DNA of 64,000 nt from an uncultured Melioribacter sp. Its GTDB lineage: Bacteria; Bacteroidota; Ignavibacteria; Kapaibacteriales; Kapaibacteriaceae. The notes beneath the pieces are model-generated. The model saw nothing but the letters and a program-made list of their open reading frames with translations, ran no database searches and was not told the origin of the DNA. The stretch is from contig CAYMTW010000005.1 in the NCBI GenBank assembly GCA_964393485.1, positions 27 to 64,026 on the forward strand, read 5' to 3'. This document shows positions 1 through 9,302 of the stretch, one piece after another. The stretch's first letter is position 1, and each line of letters starts with the position of its first letter. The position numbers and the translations under genes were made by a program.

Positions 1-85
1 CGAACAACTTGCACCCGGCGCGTACTCATTGGTCGTCACCATCAACGGCTCATCAACGGTAATGCCGATCGTCGTGACACGCTGA
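1..85 (+). CDS. 3' end of a secreted protein: T9SS C-terminal sorting domain (partial, runs off the window start)
   Basis: Frame 2 reads EQLAPGAYSLVVTINGSSTVMPIVVTR with stop TGA at 83-85. The G-x-Y...hydrophobic terminal-strand pattern matches the C-termini of the four complete T9SS cargo ORFs in this window. Confidence 0.5.
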   Translation, partial: EQLAPGAYSLVVTINGSSTVMPIVVTR

Positions 86-106
86 TAGTTCCTGAAACTC
101 AAAACA

Positions 107-146
107 ACGGGGGATGTGCACGATGCACGTCTCCCGTTTTCTTTTC
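107..146. terminator. Bidirectional rho-independent terminator between convergent genes
   Basis: Imperfect 14-bp hairpin (acggggga tgtgca / tgcacg tctcccgt, 2 mismatches, loop cga). It is followed by ttttcttttc on the + strand, and preceded by aaactcaaaacaa, which is a T-tract on the - strand. Confidence 0.55.
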
Positions 147-157
147 AGGGGGCTTAC

Positions 158-850
158 CTACAACATGCTTCGCAGAACGGACGCGATGGAAACCGCAGCT
201 GTCTCGGCGCGCAGACGAAGCTGGCCAATGCGCCAGAGCCGCGTGTCGGCCAGCCCCTTGAGACTGGCAAGTTCGCGTTCCGAGAACCCGCCCTCGGGTC
301 CAACGACAACAACAATGCGCCCAGCCGTACGAACATGTTCCGCATCGACGTGGCATTGCTCACCGTCGGCATCGCCGATGACAACAAGCGCACCGGCAAT
401 CTCAAGCGCATCCAACGCTGTGGGAGCTTCGATCACCGGCAGGAACGGATTGCCGGATTGCGTCATGGCGGCGATGGCCTTGGCCTGAAGTCGATCAGCC
501 GATGAGCGCAGATGCTGGGCACGCTCGCAGATGAGCGGCACGATTCGGCTGACGCCAAGCTCGGTGAGTTTCTCGACGGCCATCTCAAAGCGATCACGGT
601 TATCGAGCACACCGAGTGCCACCGTTATGTCTGGCAGCGGCGGAGCACTGACCTTTTCACTCTCGACCACGAGATCTGGCCCCTTCACACCGAGCGATGT
701 CCTGCAGAGAGCAACAAGCCCCCTACCGTTGAGAACGCGGACGTGCTCGCCGTCACGAAGCCGCAGGGCAGCGATGTGACGGCGCAGTTCATCGCCCATG
801 GGGACCATTACAGCCCCCTTCTCAAGTTGCGCGCAATAGAGGTTATCCAT
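158..850 (-). CDS. rsmE: 16S rRNA (uracil1498-N3)-methyltransferase RsmE
   Basis: RsmE-like sequence: VVVVGPEGGFSERE...LRAETA C-terminal knot motif and a PUA-like N-terminus. The track ORF 158..1243 is over-extended; the in-frame ATG at 850 (MDNLYCAQ) gives 231 aa and removes the overlap with the divergent crotonase. Confidence 0.85.
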   Translation of the reverse strand: MDNLYCAQLEKGAVMVPMGDELRRHIAALRLRDGEHVRVLNGRGLVALCRTSLGVKGPDLVVESEKVSAPPLPDITVALGVLDNRDRFEMAVEKLTELGVSRIVPLICERAQHLRSSADRLQAKAIAAMTQSGNPFLPVIEAPTALDALEIAGALVVIGDADGEQCHVDAEHVRTAGRIVVVVGPEGGFSERELASLKGLADTRLWRIGQLRLRAETAAVSIASVLRSML

Positions 851-889
851 GTGGTATTTTTGGCCTCGACCTTCACTAACACTGAGCGT

Positions 890-1672
890 ATGAACACTGA
901 ATTTACGTGCATTCGCACCTACGTCCCTCAACCAGGCGTCGGGGCGATCCAACTCAACCGTCCAGCCGTACTCAACGCACTGAGCCTGCAGACGATGATC
1001 GAACTCGTCGAGGCCTTCGAAACCTACGATGCCGACGAGGCTATCCGTTGCATCGTCATCCACGGGAGCGAGAAAGCCTTTGCTGCCGGAGCTGACATCA
1101 CCGAGATGTCCGATGCTACGCTCACAACCATGCTGGCACGTGATCAGTTCGCCCGCTGGGAACGCATCCGTCAGGTAAAGACGCCCATCATCGCAGCCGT
1201 GAGTGGCTTCGCGCTGGGAGGGGGCTGCGAGCTGGCCATGCATGCCGACATGATCGTTGCCAGCGATACGGCGCAGTTCGGTCAGCCGGAGATCAACATC
1301 GGCGTGATGCCCGGCGCGGGCGGAACGCAGCGTCTTACGCGCGCCGTGGGCAAGGCTCTGGCGATGGAGATCGTTCTCACGGGACGCATGATCTCGGCCG
1401 TGCAGGCACAGGCCGCCGGCCTTGTCAACCGTGTTGTACCAGTGGCGTTCTACCTGCAGGAAGCCTTTGCCCTTGCCGGTGACGTTGCGTCAAAGGCACC
1501 CGTGGCCTCCCGTCTGGCCAAGGAAGCTGTGCTCAAAGCGCACAGCACCACGCTTGAGGGTGGACTCGAGTTCGAGCGGAAGAACTTCTACATGCTCTTT
1601 GCAACTGAGGACCAGAAGGAAGGCATGGCGGCATTTGTGGAGAAGCGGAAACCTGAATGGAAGGGTAAGTGA
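890..1672 (+). CDS. Enoyl-CoA hydratase (crotonase family, short-chain type)
   Basis: 260 aa from ATG 890 (MNTEF); the track ORF starts too early at 512. Crotonase motifs [21 protein letters not shown] and FGQPEINIGVMPGAGGTQRL. Confidence 0.85.
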   Translation: MNTEFTCIRTYVPQPGVGAIQLNRPAVLNALSLQTMIELVEAFETYDADEAIRCIVIHGSEKAFAAGADITEMSDATLTTMLARDQFARWERIRQVKTPIIAAVSGFALGGGCELAMHADMIVASDTAQFGQPEINIGVMPGAGGTQRLTRAVGKALAMEIVLTGRMISAVQAQAAGLVNRVVPVAFYLQEAFALAGDVASKAPVASRLAKEAVLKAHSTTLEGGLEFERKNFYMLFATEDQKEGMAAFVEKRKPEWKGK

Positions 1673-2460
1673 TGACCAGCTACGAAACACTTCTCACGAG
1701 TCTCGACGGTGGAATCTATACCATCACGCTCAACCGACCCGATTCCTACAATGCCGCGAACGAGCAGCTCACCACAGACCTGCAGCATGCGCTGACCTTT
1801 GCGCGCGACAGCGACGACGTGCGCTGCGTGGTGCTCACGGGTGCCGGCAAGGCCTTCTGCAGCGGTCAGGACCTGAAAGATGCGCCGAAGTCGGGCGATA
1901 AGCGCGACCTGCGCGATTCGCTCAACCGTCGCTACAATCCCATCATTCGCTTGATGCGCGAGATGCCCAAGCCAATCATCGCCGGCATCAACGGCGTGGC
2001 TGCCGGCGCTGGACTTTCACTGGCGCTTGCTGCCGACGCGCGTGTGATGAGCGCATCGGCAAAACTCGTCGAAGCATTCATCGGCATTGCCCTGATCCCC
2101 GACTCCGGTGCAACGTGGTTTTACCCCCGCATGATGGGCTATGCAAAAGCCTTCGAGTTTGCTACACTGAATGCGCCGATCACTGCCGAGCAGGCACTTG
2201 AGATGGGCCTGGTAAACAGTGTTGCGCACCCAAAGGCATTCGCTTCGGCTCTGCGATCACTGGCCTCGCAATACGCGCAGGGTCCAACGCAATCGTATGG
2301 TTTTGTCAAGATGCTCCTGCAGAATGGGCTGACGCACTCACTCGACGAGATGCTTGAGCTTGAAGCCGAATACCAGCAGCGCGCCGGTGATTCTGCCGAC
2401 TACCGCGAAGGAGTGCAGGCATTCCTTGAAAAACGACGTCCGAAATTCACAGGCCGATAA
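1669..2460 (+). CDS. Enoyl-CoA hydratase/isomerase family protein, PaaG-like
   Basis: Collinear with E. coli PaaG as I recall it: LTGAGKAFCSGQDL, NGVAAGAG, and C-terminal SADYREGVQAFLEKRRPKFTGR. Starts at GTG 1669 or ATG 1672, overlapping the upstream stop. Confidence 0.75.
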   Translation: MMTSYETLLTSLDGGIYTITLNRPDSYNAANEQLTTDLQHALTFARDSDDVRCVVLTGAGKAFCSGQDLKDAPKSGDKRDLRDSLNRRYNPIIRLMREMPKPIIAGINGVAAGAGLSLALAADARVMSASAKLVEAFIGIALIPDSGATWFYPRMMGYAKAFEFATLNAPITAEQALEMGLVNSVAHPKAFASALRSLASQYAQGPTQSYGFVKMLLQNGLTHSLDEMLELEAEYQQRAGDSADYREGVQAFLEKRRPKFTGR

Positions 2461-2483
2461 GCCCCGTTACATCAGCATCCTCC

Positions 2484-4625
2484 ATGGCACGATCACGACC
2501 AACATTGTTTGAACAGATCCGCAACGACGGACGTGACGATGTTGCGGGTAGCGGCCTGAACAGCTCGATGCCGTTGCGGGCCGTCATCATCACCGTGGCG
2601 ACGCTAGCCATGATGGGCTTTCTGCCCGGACGGCTCGGTGAGATCAGCCAGAGGGCATTCGACCGCTCACGCATTGGCACCACGTGGAGTCAGGAATCTC
2701 TCGTTGCTGACTATCCCTTTCCGGTGATGCGAAACGCTGATAGCGTTGCCGACGAGCGTGCACGGACGCGTGCTGCAGTGCCGGCCTATGTGCGGCGCAT
2801 CGGTACAGCAGAAGCACAGGCACAGCGTCGGCTGGCCGATGCCATCGCACGCAATAGCGAGCTGGCGTCTCGTCCGGAGATCAGCACGATCGCCTCTGTG
2901 GCGCTGACCGAACTCTACGGACAGGGGGCACGGCAGATCATCAACATCGATACCCGTCAGATTCCCGCCCCGGAGGTGATGTCGATCGATGAGCAGGGAA
3001 TCGAATTCATTGTATGTCATCATACCGATCTGCGTGACTCGGCGTCGGCAGCAGAAGGCCTTGACAATGTTCTCGTTCGTGTGGACAATACGATTCGCCC
3101 AAAGCTACGTCAAGCACTCCATGGTGCCGTTGTCCCAACTCTGCGCGTTGACAATGCCGTCTGGGAACGTCAGCGTCAGCTAGCCGAACAAGGAGTATCG
3201 ACCACGCGCGAGATCATGCGCAAGGGTGATGTGATCGTGCGCAAGGGCGACCGCATTGACGAGTCCATTCTGGACCGTCTAGCATCCTATCGCTACGCCG
3301 AGTATGCGCGCTCTACATCGCAGTATTCATTTCTCGTAGCTGTTGGATCGGCAGGACATGCCCTCGTGCTGATCGCTATCGTCTGCTTGTATCTCTACTT
3401 CGTACGGCGCTCTTCATTCGTACGCAACGGGCAGCTTGCCACGCTCCTGGCAATGCCCGTTGCCTCTGCCGGACTGGGCTGGCTGTCGATCGCCCTTCCG
3501 TCGAATCTTCCACTCGAGTACACCATCATCGTGCCCGGCTTTGCGATGCTTGTCTCCATCCTCTATGATGTGCGCACCTCGATCGTTGTTACGCTCTCCT
3601 GTGCCCTGTCGGTTGCCGCCGCACGCGGTAATGACCATGTCATCGCTGTTGTCCTTATTGCTGGCGGTGTGATGGCTGGTTACTCCGCTACCAACCTTCG
3701 CAGTCGCACGCAGATTTTTACGTCCATTCTTGCCATCCTTGCCGGACTGGTGATCGTTACCCTTTCGATCGAACTTGAAAATGCCACGCCCCTTCTCAGC
3801 CTGGCAACGAAACTCGGCGGCGTAGTTGTCAATGCAGTGCTCTCGCCTCTCTTTGCCCTTGCAGCTATCATCCTGATGGAGCGCACTCTCAACGTTGCGA
3901 CGGACTTGCGTCTCGAGGACTTTGACGATATCAATCACCCGCTGATCCATCAACTCAATCAACTTGCTCCGGGAACCTATCAGCACACCATGGCCGTCAT
4001 GCACCTGAGTGAAACGGCGGCCGCGGCCATTGGCGCTAATCCGCTGCTTGCCCGCGTGGGAGCCCTGTATCATGACATCGGCAAGATCACCAAGAGCGAG
4101 TACTTCATCGAGAATCAGATCGATATCGACAATAAACACGATCGGCTTCCGGCGCGCAAGAGTGCCGAGATCATCCGGCGGCACGTCACGGACGGAATCG
4201 ATCTTGCCAAAGAGTACCGCCTACCTGACCGGATCTGGAAGTTCATCCCCATGCATCACGGTACGATACTCGTCAAGCACTTCTATGCCAAGGCCATTGA
4301 GGAATCTGGCAGCTCGGAGGTGGACCCGAATGACTTCCGCTATCCTGGTCCACGGCCTGACTCGAAAGAAACAGCCATTGTGATGTTGGCAGATGCCGCC
4401 GAGGCACTCTCTCGTCTGGTTGAATCTGGCAATCGTTCAGAGATCGAAGAGGCCATCGACCGGATCATCATGGATCGGTTCCTGGACGGCCAACTACAGG
4501 ATGCGCCGCTCACTTTGCATGACCTTAACGTGATCCGCGATTCCTTCGTGAACTCACTCATGGGCGCTTCGCACCAACGCGTACGCTACATGGAAGTTCG
4601 TCCCAGCGACGAGCCCGCGACATGA
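2484..4625 (+). CDS. 7TM-receptor HD/HDIG phosphohydrolase (PgpH/YqfF-like)
   Basis: Extracellular N-terminal region, about 7 TM helices (residues ~290-480), and a C-terminal HD domain (HTMAVMHLSE...ALYHDIGK...PMHHG). Confidence 0.8.
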   Translation: MARSRPTLFEQIRNDGRDDVAGSGLNSSMPLRAVIITVATLAMMGFLPGRLGEISQRAFDRSRIGTTWSQESLVADYPFPVMRNADSVADERARTRAAVPAYVRRIGTAEAQAQRRLADAIARNSELASRPEISTIASVALTELYGQGARQIINIDTRQIPAPEVMSIDEQGIEFIVCHHTDLRDSASAAEGLDNVLVRVDNTIRPKLRQALHGAVVPTLRVDNAVWERQRQLAEQGVSTTREIMRKGDVIVRKGDRIDESILDRLASYRYAEYARSTSQYSFLVAVGSAGHALVLIAIVCLYLYFVRRSSFVRNGQLATLLAMPVASAGLGWLSIALPSNLPLEYTIIVPGFAMLVSILYDVRTSIVVTLSCALSVAAARGNDHVIAVVLIAGGVMAGYSATNLRSRTQIFTSILAILAGLVIVTLSIELENATPLLSLATKLGGVVVNAVLSPLFALAAIILMERTLNVATDLRLEDFDDINHPLIHQLNQLAPGTYQHTMAVMHLSETAAAAIGANPLLARVGALYHDIGKITKSEYFIENQIDIDNKHDRLPARKSAEIIRRHVTDGIDLAKEYRLPDRIWKFIPMHHGTILVKHFYAKAIEESGSSEVDPNDFRYPGPRPDSKETAIVMLADAAEALSRLVESGNRSEIEEAIDRIIMDRFLDGQLQDAPLTLHDLNVIRDSFVNSLMGASHQRVRYMEVRPSDEPAT

Positions 4626-5578
4626 GTCAGACGCTCCCATCGGCTTTCGAGCGGGACATCAAGCAGTTTGTTCACTATGTCCGACTCGAACGTGGACTTG
4701 CCAGCACGACGGCTGAGGCCTATCAGCACGACATTCGGCAGTATGCGATCCATCTGCATGAGCTGCAGCGAGCAGGTTTCTCCGAAGCCGCACTAGGTGA
4801 TGTTCGGTCCTTCTTTGAGCGCCTAGCTGGCCTAGAGCTGGCTGCGTCGAGCAGGTCCCGTTACCTGGCCTCGATCCGGCACCTGCACACGTTCCTCGTA
4901 GGCAACGGACGCATGCAGCGGGATATCACCGAGGCCATGGAAATGCCCCGCTCTCGACGTCGGCTGCCTGAGAGTCTGTCGGTTGTCGAGGTCGTGTCCT
5001 TTCTCGAGGTCTTTGATTCTACAGACCGCTTCACGCTGCGCAACCGTGCCATGTTCGAAACAATGTATGCCTGTGGCCTGCGGGTGAGCGAGCTCATCGG
5101 ACTTCGACAGGCCGATGTGCTGTTCGAGGTCGAGCTTGTGCGCGTCTTTGGTAAGGGTTCAAAAGAGCGCATGGTACCGATCGGTACAGAGGCACTGGAG
5201 TGGATTGCTCAGTATCAGACCACAGCACGCGGACGTCTGATCACCTCGTCCAATACTGACGACGTGTTGTTTCTGAACTCCCGCGGCGGTCGTCTCTCGC
5301 GCATGGCTGTCTGGAAGATCATGCAGCAGGGGGCTCTGCAGGCCGGCTTGACCAAGCATGTGCACCCACACATGTTCCGTCACTCGTTTGCCACGCATCT
5401 CCTGGAAGGGGGCGCTGACTTGCGTGCTGTTCAAGAGATGCTTGGACATGCAGACATTGCAACAACGCAGATCTACACCCATATCGATCGAGAGTACGTC
5501 AAGGAAGTGCACACACTGTTTCACCCACGATCGACCTTCGCTGCGGGCACGCCCCCTGAGAAACGAGTGGCGGGATGA
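4622..5578 (+). CDS. xerD: Site-specific tyrosine recombinase XerD
   Basis: SAM-like N-terminal domain and a catalytic C-terminus (RHSFATHLLEGGADLRAVQEMLGHADIATTQIYTH). ATGA overlaps on both sides. Confidence 0.85.
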   Translation: MSQTLPSAFERDIKQFVHYVRLERGLASTTAEAYQHDIRQYAIHLHELQRAGFSEAALGDVRSFFERLAGLELAASSRSRYLASIRHLHTFLVGNGRMQRDITEAMEMPRSRRRLPESLSVVEVVSFLEVFDSTDRFTLRNRAMFETMYACGLRVSELIGLRQADVLFEVELVRVFGKGSKERMVPIGTEALEWIAQYQTTARGRLITSSNTDDVLFLNSRGGRLSRMAVWKIMQQGALQAGLTKHVHPHMFRHSFATHLLEGGADLRAVQEMLGHADIATTQIYTHIDREYVKEVHTLFHPRSTFAAGTPPEKRVAG

Positions 5579-6804
5579 AGCCCCATTATTTGATGATCGT
5601 GTCTCTGATGGTGGTGAGCGCTAGTTCGGCTCAGGTGAAATTCGGGATCGACAATCTGATCGATACAGAGTTTGCCCTGCTCAGCGGAAAGCGGGTCGTG
5701 CTCGTGAGCCATGCTGCCGCTCGAACGGCGCGAGGTACGTCCACGGCTGAGGAGTTTGCGGGCACGAGCACTCTTCGCCTTCTTCGCATCCTTACCCCCG
5801 AGCATGGATTCTACGGTGTTGTCGAAGCTGGGAAACATGTCGATGATGACACCTTACTTGGAGTACCGACGCGGTCGCTCTACGGCGCGGTGCGTCGTCC
5901 TGACGCTTCCATGATCAGTGACGCTGATGTCGTGGTCATCGATATGCAGGACATTGGTGTTCGCTCCTACACCTTCATGTCCACGATGATCGAAGTCATG
6001 GATGCCTGTGCTGAGTTCAACATCGCGTGCATGATCCTGGACCGGCCCAATCCACTTGGTGGTATGACCGTCAGCGGCGGCGTTGTAGATGATTCGCTGC
6101 GGTCCTTCATCGGCAGGTTACCGATCGCCTATGTTCATGGCTGTACACTTGGCGAGCTTGCAACGATGGCCAATCGGGAACATTGGCTGACGACGAATCC
6201 TAAACGTCGCGCGCAGATGTGCTCGCTGACGGTGGTGCGGTGCAAGCGCTGGGTGCGCTCGGCGTCGTGGGAAAGCATTGACCGGCCATGGTATCCGACA
6301 AGCCCGAACATTCCAAGCGTGGCGGCCATTCGTGGCTATGCCATGACGGGCCTTTTGGGCGAGTTGGGCCTCTGGAGTATCGGAATGGGTACTAACAGCC
6401 CCTTTCAGCTGATCGGCGCTCCAGGCCTTGACCTTGCACCGTCAACGATCAGCCTTCTGCGCGATCGCGGCGTTGATATGGCGCGCGCGCGATACAAGCC
6501 CGTTTCCGGGAAACATGCTTCAACGGTATGCGACGGATACTACGTGCAGCCACGTACAGCGTGGCGTCCGATGGAAGCTGCCGCCGTTCTGCTCTGGGAG
6601 GCACGCCGACGGCGGCCGGAGGCATTCCCAGACACGCTCATCCGCGCACCGCACGGACGTATGTTCGCCAAGGCCTGCGGCTCTGGTGACCTTGTCTCTG
6701 CACTCTGTCAGGGGGCTCCCCTTGCCCGCATAGAGGCGCTTTTTCAACGCGGTCTTCAGGAGTATCAAGATCTCCGACGTCGCTACCTGCTCTACGACGA
6801 GTAA
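5575..6804 (+). CDS. DUF1343 family protein (NamZ-like exo-beta-N-acetylmuramidase)
   Basis: Signal peptide plus DUF1343-like motifs (LTPEHGFYG, VVIDMQDIGVRSYTF, ILDRPNPLGG). Confidence 0.7.
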   Translation: MKPHYLMIVSLMVVSASSAQVKFGIDNLIDTEFALLSGKRVVLVSHAAARTARGTSTAEEFAGTSTLRLLRILTPEHGFYGVVEAGKHVDDDTLLGVPTRSLYGAVRRPDASMISDADVVVIDMQDIGVRSYTFMSTMIEVMDACAEFNIACMILDRPNPLGGMTVSGGVVDDSLRSFIGRLPIAYVHGCTLGELATMANREHWLTTNPKRRAQMCSLTVVRCKRWVRSASWESIDRPWYPTSPNIPSVAAIRGYAMTGLLGELGLWSIGMGTNSPFQLIGAPGLDLAPSTISLLRDRGVDMARARYKPVSGKHASTVCDGYYVQPRTAWRPMEAAAVLLWEARRRRPEAFPDTLIRAPHGRMFAKACGSGDLVSALCQGAPLARIEALFQRGLQEYQDLRRRYLLYDE

Positions 6805-6827
6805 TTGGTATGTCGGGTCCGGCGCAC

Positions 6828-8402
6828 CTACCGCGGGGCACCGCGCAGGATCTTTGAGAGTTTGACCAGGCCCACGCCAAGGCCCACACGCCGAGTCAAC
6901 GGGTCAGCTCCGTCAAAGAACACGTGATCATTGCCGACCATCATTCCGGCAGACCCACCTCCGTCAAGGTTCAGAGCTTCGCTACACCCGAGCAGATCCA
7001 TGATCTGGGCCATTTGCTGGAGCGATGCACCCACGGTTCCGCGGTCCGTATGGTCTGCGGGCACGGCGGCAAGAATCAGCCGTGTTCCGCTTGAGTCCGT
7101 GCCTATGGCACTTCGCGCCAGAGCATGATTGATAAACCGTGAACCGGTGCTCCCTTCGAGAAGAGCTTCGTGCTTTGCCAGCCCCTTTCTCACAAGCCGA
7201 GGCGTGCCGCAGACGGCGTTCATGAAGGGCGTCTGGGCCTGGATGGTTGTGCTGTATTGCAAACGTATCGTGTCTCCCATGCGCGGTAGACTACCTGAGG
7301 CCACCACCGATCTCGGCATCGAAATCACGGCACCACGGATTGGCATGGTGACCGTTCCGGTGTCGACACTTAGCACCTCACATGGCAGGGACACATTCAC
7401 AGCCGGAGACCTGAGATAGCGCACGCGGATCTTGAGCATTGGATACTCGGCATCGCGCTCGCGGCGGGCCCTGGCGATCTCCTGCCGGAGAACATCCTGG
7501 GTCAGAGCAGCTTCAGTCGAATCCTCTGCGATGAACACCGTGTCTTTGACGGCCTCCTGAAACGCTCGCTCGATCTGCTTCGGGCTCACGTATGGTACCG
7601 TGTTCCCGCCATAGGAGTTATAGACCACGACGCCCTGATCATCCCGGTGATTCACGGTTGAGATCGGGTACCATTGTCCTGCTATACTGACGTTGCCGAG
7701 AATCCGGAAGGTATCCACCGACATCGAGTTCCGCACATCAAAAAAGGCACTCGACCACTTCTTGTAGCTGTTCATCTCTACAACTTCGCCGTCGATGACG
7801 CAGGGTCCGATCAGTGTGTTGCGCACGGCGCGCCAGAAGTTACCGTTGACCAAACCATAGACAGTGTGACGCGAGGAGGTCTCGAAGCGAGTAGCCATTT
7901 CAGCCAGGCGCTCCAGACCAACGCAGTTATCCTCCCCTTTGACTAGGCGAAGAGCATTGCCCGGAATAGATCGATCCAGCATCATGGCGTGAACGACAAT
8001 GGGTGTTTTGCCGTTCGTACGGAATTCCTGGTAGCGGATGCCCTGTCCGAGCGATGAATCCCGCACCATGTTGAGCTTGGTCACCGGAACGGGCTTGGCC
8101 CGACGCGATCGTCGAACGTGACGGCGCTTGGATGCACCTGAGCGGCGGCGCGAGCTGGTCGATGATCTGACCTGTGTGCCCCCTGCAGAACGGGATGAGC
8201 GTCTGTTCTGCTTGGTAGTGGAGCCCCGAGCATTCCTTGCTCCTGAAGCCGAGGACGCGCGCGTCGCAATCTTGCGTACAGCCTTGCGCGGCGGCTGGCG
8301 TGCCTCCAGGCAGACAGGGTCGATGGCCATTGTCATGATCAGGATCATCATGACAAGGGGCTTGCAGTACGCCCGCAGACGAGTGGATAGACAATGAAGC
8401 AT
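6828..8402 (-). CDS. Phosphodiester glycosidase family protein (DUF2233/NAGPA-like) with a basic Arg/Ser-rich N-terminal linker
   Basis: C-terminal ALNLDGGGSAGMMV motif typical of DUF2233. The start is ambiguous: ATG 8465, ATG 8402 (MLHCLS..., chosen) or a later Met. A hydrophobic segment PLVMMILIMTMAI is followed by about 70 aa rich in R/S/K. Confidence 0.65.
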   Translation of the reverse strand: MLHCLSTRLRAYCKPLVMMILIMTMAIDPVCLEARQPPRKAVRKIATRASSASGARNARGSTTKQNRRSSRSAGGTQVRSSTSSRRRSGASKRRHVRRSRRAKPVPVTKLNMVRDSSLGQGIRYQEFRTNGKTPIVVHAMMLDRSIPGNALRLVKGEDNCVGLERLAEMATRFETSSRHTVYGLVNGNFWRAVRNTLIGPCVIDGEVVEMNSYKKWSSAFFDVRNSMSVDTFRILGNVSIAGQWYPISTVNHRDDQGVVVYNSYGGNTVPYVSPKQIERAFQEAVKDTVFIAEDSTEAALTQDVLRQEIARARRERDAEYPMLKIRVRYLRSPAVNVSLPCEVLSVDTGTVTMPIRGAVISMPRSVVASGSLPRMGDTIRLQYSTTIQAQTPFMNAVCGTPRLVRKGLAKHEALLEGSTGSRFINHALARSAIGTDSSGTRLILAAVPADHTDRGTVGASLQQMAQIMDLLGCSEALNLDGGGSAGMMVGNDHVFFDGADPLTRRVGLGVGLVKLSKILRGAPR

Positions 8403-8505
8403 GCGAGCGAAAGTTAGGACTTGAGTCTTGATCAATCGGGCGGAGTTATGCACAGTTACTGACACATGCCGCGTGTGAGGACTTCACACGTTGTAGTTTC
8501 GCGTC

Positions 8506-9288
8506 ATGATCAACGACACTATACTCTTGGAACTGAATGACGGCGTTGCCCTCATCACTCTGAACCGGCCAGATAAACTCAACGCCCTAAACGCGGAATT
8601 GTTGGATGCTCTCGAGCACACCCTCCGTCATGTGCAGGCAAACCCGTCGGCGCGAGTCGTGGTGATCACGGGGTCGGGTCCAAAGGCCTTCGCCGCCGGG
8701 GCCGACATTGCCCAGCTGCACGAGCAGAACGGATTTTCCGGGCGTCTGTTTGCTGAGCGTGGGCAGCGGGTTCTGTCGCTGATTGAGCATCTCGGCATTC
8801 CGGTCATAGCGGCCATCAATGGCTTTGCCCTCGGTGGCGGTTGCGAAGTTGCCATGGCGTGTCATATGCGTTTTGCTGCTGACACGGCGCGATTCGGTCA
8901 GCCTGAGGTCAATCTCGGCATCATTCCCGGATACGGCGGAACGCAGCGCCTACCCCGCCTGGTTGGGCTTGCCAAGGCCATTGAGCTGATCCTCTCGGGT
9001 GAGATGGTCGGTGCTGAGGAAGCCTACCGATTGGGTCTTGTCAATCGCATCTACCCGGCTGCCGAGCTACTGGAACAGACGCTTGCCTTTGCCCGGGCAC
9101 TTGCCGGCAAAGCTCCGCTGGCCCTGCGAGCCTGCCTCGAAGCCACACAAGCAGCCGAGAATTCGTCGGCCCTTGAAGGCATGACCATTGAGGCAAGCGT
9201 GTTTGCGCGCACGTGCGCCAGCGAGGACTTCAAGGAAGGAACAAAGGCCTTCCTCGAGAAGCGTCCGGCCGCCTTCACCGGTCGGTAA
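8506..9288 (+). CDS. Enoyl-CoA hydratase (crotonase family), third paralog in the window
   Basis: [41 protein letters not shown] and C-terminal [12 protein letters not shown]. Confidence 0.85.
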   Translation: MINDTILLELNDGVALITLNRPDKLNALNAELLDALEHTLRHVQANPSARVVVITGSGPKAFAAGADIAQLHEQNGFSGRLFAERGQRVLSLIEHLGIPVIAAINGFALGGGCEVAMACHMRFAADTARFGQPEVNLGIIPGYGGTQRLPRLVGLAKAIELILSGEMVGAEEAYRLGLVNRIYPAAELLEQTLAFARALAGKAPLALRACLEATQAAENSSALEGMTIEASVFARTCASEDFKEGTKAFLEKRPAAFTGR

Positions 9289-9302
9289 GGGGCTCACGCA
9301 CC

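Noticed and set aside
158-1243. Over-extended 5' ends in the ORF track: 158-1243(-), 512-1672(+), 24166-25872(-), 25292-26833(+), 26911-28725(+), 30004-30948(+), 30872-32101(+), 36398-36928(-), 37019-38161(+), 57356-57871(-), 16905-17933(-)
   Set aside because: The extensions overlap neighbouring well-supported genes or the tRNA, and they add non-homologous low-complexity residues. In-frame internal starts restore canonical N-termini or signal peptides and typical 4-nt overlaps.
4622-5578. Tyrosine recombinase as a possible integrase marking a mobile element
   Set aside because: It has full XerD-like features and is translationally coupled (ATGA) to housekeeping neighbours on both sides. I noticed no flanking repeats, phage genes or transposon genes.
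8472-8490. 7-bp hairpin cgtgtga-ggact-tcacacg about 16 nt upstream of the third crotonase start
   Set aside because: It is short, lacks a T-tract and matches no motif I recognise. It could be a 5' UTR structure or chance, and is not supportable as a feature.
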